Translations under genes and position numbers: made by a program
Assembly (NCBI GenBank): GCA_965198235.1
Contig: OZ240248.1
Coordinates: 4,992,001 to 5,056,000 of the forward strand
DNA: 64,000 nt
Source of the DNA: Candidatus Poribacteria bacterium
GTDB lineage: Bacteria > Poribacteria > WGA-4E > WGA-3G
Direction: 5' to 3'
Part shown: one piece after another, positions 57,628 to 64,000 of the stretch
Position numbering within the stretch: the stretch's first letter is position 1
Layout: every line of letters begins with the position of its first letter
Notes under the pieces: generated by a model
The model's input: only the letters and a program-made list of their open reading frames with translations
What the model was told of the DNA's origin: nothing
The model's database searches: none

Positions 57628-60600
57628 TTAGAGTTCTGCACTGACCGTCATTTCCAAGCGGTGTTCGGGTTTCCGCTGTTTTGTGGAGAGTAAGCGGTAA
57701 TTGAGCCGAAGCAGAAGGTCGGTAAATTTTCGCAGTCTGTAATCTGCGGTTGTGCGGACTTCGTGGCTGATGCCTTCGTAGAAAGTGTACTGTGCAAAGG
57801 GTATGCCACCCTTACTCTCGCCATAGCCGAGTTTATAGTTGACATCAATGCGTCCTTTACCAATAAGACTATACGTGAGGCGATTTTCAAATGAGAAGGT
57901 CCGCGTTCTGGCTTCTGGCTCCTCGTCAAGCTGCTCCTTGTCAATTGTACGATTATATCCTCCGATACCGCTCCATCGCACGGAATTGCTGAGTTCATAT
58001 CGGAGGCTCAATTCAGTCGTCTGCTCAAATTGGCGTAGGTCTGAGATAGGCGTTGATGGAAGGTCTCCCCTGTTCGTTATAGTCTCGGTTTCCTGAGTGA
58101 GTTCTTCCACTTGGAGTTGACTGTATTTCTCAGTTTCCCGGCGTTGTTCCCAGTTTACACCGAGGGACATACGTTGCGTTGGGTTCACGGAGAGACCGAC
58201 ATCCCATGTCCTGTGCCGCCTGTGGCGTTCTTGATTATTAATCCGACGATTGAGGGTCTCGCCAACACGAAGGTTGAACTCGAAACTGAATGCTGGTGAT
58301 GGCGAGAATTCGAGGCGATGGTGTTGATTCAACCGACCAAAAAGCGTTTCTGAGCCTTGTAGACTTTGGAGCAGATAGAGGGACACCGCCTCCTCTACCT
58401 CCTGTTCCTCGGTCAGCCACAGGCGCGTTTGACCTCTGAGGGCATTTAGAAACCATTCTAAGCGAGACAGGCGTGGGCTTCGTGCCGCGATTGTGTTGGA
58501 TAAAGATGGTGTTTGTTGATTCCCTTCTTGGGTAGATGATGACCGAGTCGGGCGCAAGCTATCACGTTTCAACATTGATTCACGATGCTGTTGTTGTCTT
58601 GCTCTGGCACGCCGTGTGAAAAACTGGCGGGGTTGAAAACGCACTCGGAATTCTGCATCTACCGCTGTTGTCGGTTTATCACCCACATTTTGATAAATCT
58701 TGACATAAGTGCCCTCCTCGGGATCCTCTACGTAGTGCAGGTCATCCAACTTTACGTAGTATCCTTCACCGGGTTGAAGCAGAACACCAGTGTGTGGATG
58801 GATGTCGGTATAGACTTCGCGGCGTTGGCTTGTTAGTTTTTTGTCTAATTCATAGGCGATTTCTATATCAATTGCCCGACTGAGTGGTGTGAGCTGGAGA
58901 TTGACATCCGCGAGTTGCGTCGTTGTATTCGCACCGAGATCGGTGTGTGCTTTCAACATCCGGCGCGCAATGTTTGCTGTCAGATTCACCCCTCCGTTGA
59001 GAAAGGATTGTTGTTGTGAAAGGACGCCTACCTTCCAAGTCCGTGCTGTGGTATTTCGCTGCCAATCCGACAAACCGATAGGCTCATCATCAACAGTAAG
59101 CAACGGTTCTTTAGCAAAAGCCTCCTCAAGTTCATAACTGGTGTTCAAAGATACCCAGTTGAAATCAGCGAGGTCAATACGTCCAGTTGCGCGGTTCCGC
59201 TTTCGGTTGAGCGTAGCATTACGCGCCTCGCTCGACTCCACTCTTCCCAGTGTTCCTATAATTCTGAATGGACCGAGAGGATACGACAGATTACCTTCTT
59301 GACGTGACTTCTGTAGCGATTGTGTCCTTGTTGAATCTGCCCCCTCCATCCGGGAACTGCTACGATAGTCGTCCCAACGGAGATTCGGCAACCTCTTCAG
59401 TAATTGCGTTCCTGCAGACGTGCTCTGTTCCGACTCTACTGAATTCTTCTCTTGTCCAATTATAGGCAGCGTGCTTTCCCGCGTGAGGGTAGGGCTAACT
59501 CGTCCACTACCTAAACGCCGGTTGAAGTTGACCCCCCAGTTGAAATTGTTGCGGATCGTTGCGTTTGCAGTAGGTAAAACTTCTGTTTCATCTGTGGTCG
59601 CGGTGGCCTCCTGAACGGTTCCCTCGCGTTCTGGGTCTTTCTCTTCGCTCCTACCGACTCCCGCGTCAACCTCCAGCCAACCTGTGGGAATCATTCGGAT
59701 GTCGAAGTTCATGGTTCTCTCATCTTGGGAAGTTCGCGGGCTGCCCGCTGTGTCGAGCAGGAACGCATCATCAAATCCCTCTGTGGCGTATTGTGTTTCG
59801 TAACGGGAGCGGGAACGGTTGCTGCTTGCGGCACCCACAGGCACGAAGTTAGCATCCATCGACCGTATGTCGAGGTTTGTGGTCAGTTTAGGACGCAGCT
59901 GATCCGTCCATGTTGCAAAGTCCCAATCGGCATAGCCGATCAGTTTCCACGCCCGACTTACCTCTTTCCGATCGACAGCAGAGTAGGTATTTTTATCAAG
60001 ATTACTATAGGCGAATTCGCCTTGAATCCACGCCTGTTCTGTAACGTTCAGACGACTCTCCAGTCCCCATACAGTATGCTTTTGTGGTGGTATGAGGGGC
60101 GATTCGTCTTCCTTAGGATTAAGGATGTTTTGGCGAAGTGCCTCCAGTTCTACATCTTCAAACGTGATTAGAGACTGTTCTGGTTGATTCAGATCTGCTT
60201 CAACAGCGTAGGACGCTCCAAAAGTTAAACGTTCACCCGGCAGTGTGAAGACGCTGCTAAGTCCGTAAAGATTCTGTTGATACGCCCGATCTTCCGGGAT
60301 GTATTCAAAGTCGATCCGAATCACATCGTTGCTCGTTATGAGATGCTTACTGTTAAACTCGACAATTGGGTCTCCATATTCGCGGATGATGTAATCATTG
60401 TTTTCGCCGCGCCGCATCCTTTCACCGTTCAGCCAAACGATTTCACTGCCTGCTTTTACAAGGACGTATTGTCCATCAACTGTGAGTCGATATTCACTGC
60501 GTCCTTCCTCACCGCGCAGGACTAAACTTGTAGACTGGCCCTTCGGAATGGCAGTCGGAATGAAGTGAAAGTCCACCCATTTGAAATCGCCTTCAACCTG

Positions 60601-61425
60601 TACCCCCTCTAATGCGCGTGGAAAAAAAATAAACTCTGATGCCCCGAGCGAACCTTCAAAGTCTCCTAAAGTCCCCCTCATGTTCGGATGCGTAATACGA
60701 ATCAATTTCTGATCGATGTCCTGAATATTTTCGGTTGTGCCTTCGGGTTGGATAGGCAAATCTTGGTCGGATAGCAGTGCCAAGACGGTGATATTTTCAG
60801 AGGCTTTACCTTCTACATTGACGCGGAGTTCTTGATTCGGCGACACGCCACGCCCACTTCCAACTGAAATACCGAATGTTTGACTTCCAGACACCTCTAA
60901 TTGAGATGCGCCATCGCTCGTAGAGGGGATACCCCCGAGTTCGCCGAAAGGTTGTCCGGGCTGTCTTTCGGATTCGTCCATTGTGGAAGGCTCGCGAGTC
61001 ATTTCTATCTGTGGATTCTGCTCACCGTAAAGGTCGCGTTTATAGACCTGTTTAATCGCGAACGGCAATGTCCGGTAGGTTATCTTAAGTTTAGACGGTT
61101 TGTCTGTAGGTGGCTCGGTAGTTGTGCGCTTACCTAAAGTGATTTTACCCAAATAGAAATCGATCTGATAGTCAACACCTCGCACGAGTACTTTTCCATC
61201 TGCTTCTGTTATCCGCTCGCTGTTTGGAAGGATCGGCGGGTACTTCACCGTAAAGTCTTGCTCTCCTGCTTCCAGTGCAACGGACTCCGTCTTCTGGAGG
61301 ACGGAAAAGGTGGGAAGTTCAAGGACTTTGGTTTCATCGTTAGGGGATTTTTGAACTGTACTACCGAGACGTGGTAGCAGCACACACAAACAGAAGGAAA
61401 CAAGGAAAAGGAGTGGGATACGCAT
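57628..61425 (-). CDS. Large outer-membrane beta-barrel protein, possibly SprA-related
   Basis: Signal peptide; amphipathic beta strands; motifs VLVRGVDYQIDFYLGKITL, LSDQDLPIQPEGTT, GSEIVWLNGERMRRGENNDYII. Confidence 0.6.
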   Translation of the reverse strand: MRIPLLFLVSFCLCVLLPRLGSTVQKSPNDETKVLELPTFSVLQKTESVALEAGEQDFTVKYPPILPNSERITEADGKVLVRGVDYQIDFYLGKITLGKRTTTEPPTDKPSKLKITYRTLPFAIKQVYKRDLYGEQNPQIEMTREPSTMDESERQPGQPFGELGGIPSTSDGASQLEVSGSQTFGISVGSGRGVSPNQELRVNVEGKASENITVLALLSDQDLPIQPEGTTENIQDIDQKLIRITHPNMRGTLGDFEGSLGASEFIFFPRALEGVQVEGDFKWVDFHFIPTAIPKGQSTSLVLRGEEGRSEYRLTVDGQYVLVKAGSEIVWLNGERMRRGENNDYIIREYGDPIVEFNSKHLITSNDVIRIDFEYIPEDRAYQQNLYGLSSVFTLPGERLTFGASYAVEADLNQPEQSLITFEDVELEALRQNILNPKEDESPLIPPQKHTVWGLESRLNVTEQAWIQGEFAYSNLDKNTYSAVDRKEVSRAWKLIGYADWDFATWTDQLRPKLTTNLDIRSMDANFVPVGAASSNRSRSRYETQYATEGFDDAFLLDTAGSPRTSQDERTMNFDIRMIPTGWLEVDAGVGRSEEKDPEREGTVQEATATTDETEVLPTANATIRNNFNWGVNFNRRLGSGRVSPTLTRESTLPIIGQEKNSVESEQSTSAGTQLLKRLPNLRWDDYRSSSRMEGADSTRTQSLQKSRQEGNLSYPLGPFRIIGTLGRVESSEARNATLNRKRNRATGRIDLADFNWVSLNTSYELEEAFAKEPLLTVDDEPIGLSDWQRNTTARTWKVGVLSQQQSFLNGGVNLTANIARRMLKAHTDLGANTTTQLADVNLQLTPLSRAIDIEIAYELDKKLTSQRREVYTDIHPHTGVLLQPGEGYYVKLDDLHYVEDPEEGTYVKIYQNVGDKPTTAVDAEFRVRFQPRQFFTRRARARQQQHRESMLKRDSLRPTRSSSTQEGNQQTPSLSNTIAARSPRLSRLEWFLNALRGQTRLWLTEEQEVEEAVSLYLLQSLQGSETLFGRLNQHHRLEFSPSPAFSFEFNLRVGETLNRRINNQERHRRHRTWDVGLSVNPTQRMSLGVNWEQRRETEKYSQLQVEELTQETETITNRGDLPSTPISDLRQFEQTTELSLRYELSNSVRWSGIGGYNRTIDKEQLDEEPEARTRTFSFENRLTYSLIGKGRIDVNYKLGYGESKGGIPFAQYTFYEGISHEVRTTADYRLRKFTDLLLRLNYRLLSTKQRKPEHRLEMTVSAEL

Positions 61426-61572
61426 TATAAGTTATCGGCGTGTTAGCCGTCGGCTGTCAGGTCGAGTTGCTGTGCAACCCTTTCCGCTGTCAGCAAGAGA
61501 TTCTTGTGGTCGTTGCGAAAGTTGGGCATGCAACACGCTGATCGCCGATAGCCGACTGCTGAAAGCCAAAAA

Positions 61573-62625
61573 CTATTTTTTACGAAAAACTTGGAATACC
61601 TTTATGTTATTCGCTTCGGCATCACTCACAAAGACACGTCCGGTCTTTGAGACTGCGATGCCAGCTGGCTCTAAAAGCGCGGCGGCACTGAATTCTGTGA
61701 TGCTTCTACCACCAGGTGCAAAAACTTGAATACGCCGGTTGCCGCTGTCCGTTACATAGAGATAATTCCATTCGTCTAAGGCGATACACTTCGGTTCCCG
61801 CAGTTGTCCAAGTGCGTCGCCTTCGCCACCCCACATGTCAATAGGGTTACCACTGAAGTCGTATTTTTTTATGAGATGATTGCCAGTATCAATGACGTAA
61901 ACATTACCGTGAGCATCAACATCCAGATCTGTCGGGTTCCAGAGTTGTTCACTGCCATTCCCGAAGCTTCCTCGTGCGACAACGGGAACGCCTGCGACAT
62001 TGAATTCAATCCAGCGGTGATTGCCAGTATCAACGACATAAACCTCACCATTCCGTCCGATACCGATACCTTCGGGGCGGTCAAGCAGAACATCATCTAC
62101 ACTCTCACTGAGTGGATAAAAAATCCGGTCGACGAAATTACAGTATTGCACCCGATTGTTACCCGTGTCTGCTACATAGAGGCGGTAACTTCTTTGAAAA
62201 CTCAAGGCTATATCTGTAGGGTGATCGAACTCCCCTGTCTGCCATCCACGACTTCCGAATTCTATGATGAAATGCCCGGCATCGTCAATCACTTGCACCC
62301 GATTGTTACCCGCATCGGCGATGTAGATTCTGTCTTCTTCATCTATGGCAAGCCCTAACGGTGTCCGAAATTCGCCCGCTCCTTGCCCGGTCCTACCGAG
62401 CGTTTCGATGTAACGAATACCCAATATAGGGGGTGCCTGCCGTTCACGGTTCGAGGGGAGGATTTCAACCGGGGTTTTTGATAGGGGTTTTTGATAGAGG
62501 TTTTTGATAGGGTGTTTCCTCTGCGGATTTCCCCGTGCAACTTCGCCTTCGGGTAGGGTGCAACTCAAACAGAGCACAAGGAGGAGGGAACCGAGACCTC
62601 TAAGGATTTTTAATTTATTGCTCAT
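61573..62625 (-). CDS. NHL-repeat beta-propeller lipoprotein
   Basis: Lipobox-like LCLSC; six NHL repeats (YIADAGNNRVQ etc.). Confidence 0.88.
   Translation of the reverse strand: MSNKLKILRGLGSLLLVLCLSCTLPEGEVARGNPQRKHPIKNLYQKPLSKTPVEILPSNRERQAPPILGIRYIETLGRTGQGAGEFRTPLGLAIDEEDRIYIADAGNNRVQVIDDAGHFIIEFGSRGWQTGEFDHPTDIALSFQRSYRLYVADTGNNRVQYCNFVDRIFYPLSESVDDVLLDRPEGIGIGRNGEVYVVDTGNHRWIEFNVAGVPVVARGSFGNGSEQLWNPTDLDVDAHGNVYVIDTGNHLIKKYDFSGNPIDMWGGEGDALGQLREPKCIALDEWNYLYVTDSGNRRIQVFAPGGRSITEFSAAALLEPAGIAVSKTGRVFVSDAEANNIKVFQVFRKK
62471..62509. repeat. 13-bp tandem repeat x3 inside the NHL gene
   Basis: GGGGTTTTTGATA, GGGGTTTTTGATA, GAGGTTTTTGATA. Confidence 0.9.
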
Positions 62626-62814
62626 GGTCACTGCTCCAAATGTAAAGCATTCTCACTGCGAAGCAAAATTATGCCATTTAAGGCATAATTTCATTCCGCA
62701 ACGGTTTTTGGGGCACTCCAACCTGCTCCAGGTGCTCAAAGGGTTCTGACTTCACCAAACACCATCGTGAAACGAAGTGGAACGATGCTCAGAGGCACAT
62801 AATTAAAAATATGT

Positions 62815-63531
62815 TTAGCCTCGTTGCACTTTAAACTTGAAAACGAAAGTTGTTTGTTGTTCATTGAAATCACTTGTGACTCTCGGTACAATGATTCGCA
62901 AGCTGCTATATTTAATGCTTCGCTTACGGAAATAGAGGAAGAATCTCGCGTGTTGTCCGGGCATCACGGTTGTTTTCTCAAGGTCTGCTCTGGGGAGTAC
63001 TGCTGGATCGCCTTGTATTCTAATCGCCTTATCCCATCGGAACACTTCCGCACCGAATTCGGGTGGCAACTTCGGTCTGAAGTTCTTTTTTAGGTAAAAG
63101 GATTCCTGTGATTTATCAATTGGCTTCGTAACGCTTCCCGTGCCATCAAGCATCTGGCAATCCTTCTTTTTGAAGGATATCCAGTGGTCGGTTCCATTGA
63201 AGATAAAGATGCCGAACGCATCAACCACCTTCACATCGTTTAGTGGCACTGCCATTGCTTTCACGCCGTTTTTGACATAACCAACAGTACCCGTCTGCGG
63301 CATGATATGAGCATCCGGGTCGAACACAGGGACAATCATCTCTGGCTGGAAGGTATCTTTGAGGAAATCTGGGACCTCTGGGACCTTCAAGCAGTTCAGC
63401 GGGATTAGTGCTAAACAGAGCACCGCTAAAATCTCTAAGACATGCACTCGAAGCAGGTCTACGATCTTCGCGTTCCTTCGGTTTTCGGATTGAGTGTTTA
63501 AAGTTCGCAACAGACCTATCTTATTTTTCAT
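62815..63531 (-). CDS. Putative lipoprotein, distant paralog of 55-838
   Basis: Hydrophobic stretch ending LIPLNC; C-terminal PGQHARFFLYF...RIIVPRV. Confidence 0.6.
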   Translation of the reverse strand: MKNKIGLLRTLNTQSENRRNAKIVDLLRVHVLEILAVLCLALIPLNCLKVPEVPDFLKDTFQPEMIVPVFDPDAHIMPQTGTVGYVKNGVKAMAVPLNDVKVVDAFGIFIFNGTDHWISFKKKDCQMLDGTGSVTKPIDKSQESFYLKKNFRPKLPPEFGAEVFRWDKAIRIQGDPAVLPRADLEKTTVMPGQHARFFLYFRKRSIKYSSLRIIVPRVTSDFNEQQTTFVFKFKVQRG

Positions 63532-63601
63532 TTGTGATCTCCATAGTTACAAATTTTTCCGTGGCATGTTGTAGGAGGGGTTTATAACCCCGAATTCCTT
63601 G

Positions 63602-64000
63602 CTACAATGCCGGTTTTTTACCTTTAAGGGCGAGCATCGCAGCACCCACAATGCCTGCATCGTTTCCGAGGTGTGCCTTTATGATCTTCATCCGCGCTGG
63701 AATATCCATAGCACGTTTGGAAAGTTCAGCCCGGATGGGCTCAAAGAGAAGTTTTTCACCAGCTTCCGCTATACCACCCCCGATGATTGCAATTTGTGGG
63801 TTGAGAATATGCGCTATTGAGGTGAGGGCAACGCCTATATATCGTCCTGTTTCAGCAAAAACCTCCATTGCGACTCTGTCACCCGCCTGTGCCGCCTCCG
63901 CTATTTGCCGTGGTGTTAGTGCTATTCCATTCTTCATTGCTTTCGCTAAAATCGTAGACCGTCCTGTTTCTATTTTCTCCTGCGTCCGTTCAACGATGTT
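63602..64000 (-). CDS. ROK-family sugar kinase (5' end outside the window)
   Basis: ILNPQIAIIGGGI, LGNDAGIVGAA; frame open to the window edge. Confidence 0.88.
   Translation of the reverse strand, partial: NIVERTQEKIETGRSTILAKAMKNGIALTPRQIAEAAQAGDRVAMEVFAETGRYIGVALTSIAHILNPQIAIIGGGIAEAGEKLLFEPIRAELSKRAMDIPARMKIIKAHLGNDAGIVGAAMLALKGKKPAL

Noticed and set aside
1-64000. tRNA (including tRNA-Sec), rRNA or sel genes
   Set aside because: None recognised by eye; a tRNAscan-SE/Infernal run is needed to exclude them.

Overview
Bacterial chromosomal window of about 50 genes. It is most likely from Candidatus Poribacteria (inference from many LamG/DUF1080/PD40 secreted proteins ending in a shared 'V(E/S)PxxKLATTWGxxK' tail and a membrane-anchored ECF sigma factor). 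Housekeeping genes include kdsB, pyrG, polA, trpS, futalosine-pathway mqnE/mqnA and a UbiD-like decarboxylase, Fur, IscU/IscA and a ROK kinase. Accessory content includes an IS200/IS605 tnpB element, a tnpB 3' remnant, a PhnY/PhnZ-like phosphonate pair, GH32, incomplete TRAP and ABC transporters and several dispersed palindromic repeat families. The main finding is an ~12 kb island (45.5-57.5 kb). Two ORF pairs that the track splits at an in-frame TGA read through as single proteins with motifs SC-U-ANG and SC-U-GSG and strongly resemble animal selenoprotein N. Each TGA has a SECIS-like hairpin exactly 17 nt downstream. Both proteins share their C-terminal domain with the extracytoplasmic part of an adjacent ECF sigma-TM fusion. 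Five copies of an ECF-type promoter motif (GCAAC-N18-CGTCA) lie upstream of island genes. All family calls come from motif recognition by eye; no database searches were run.
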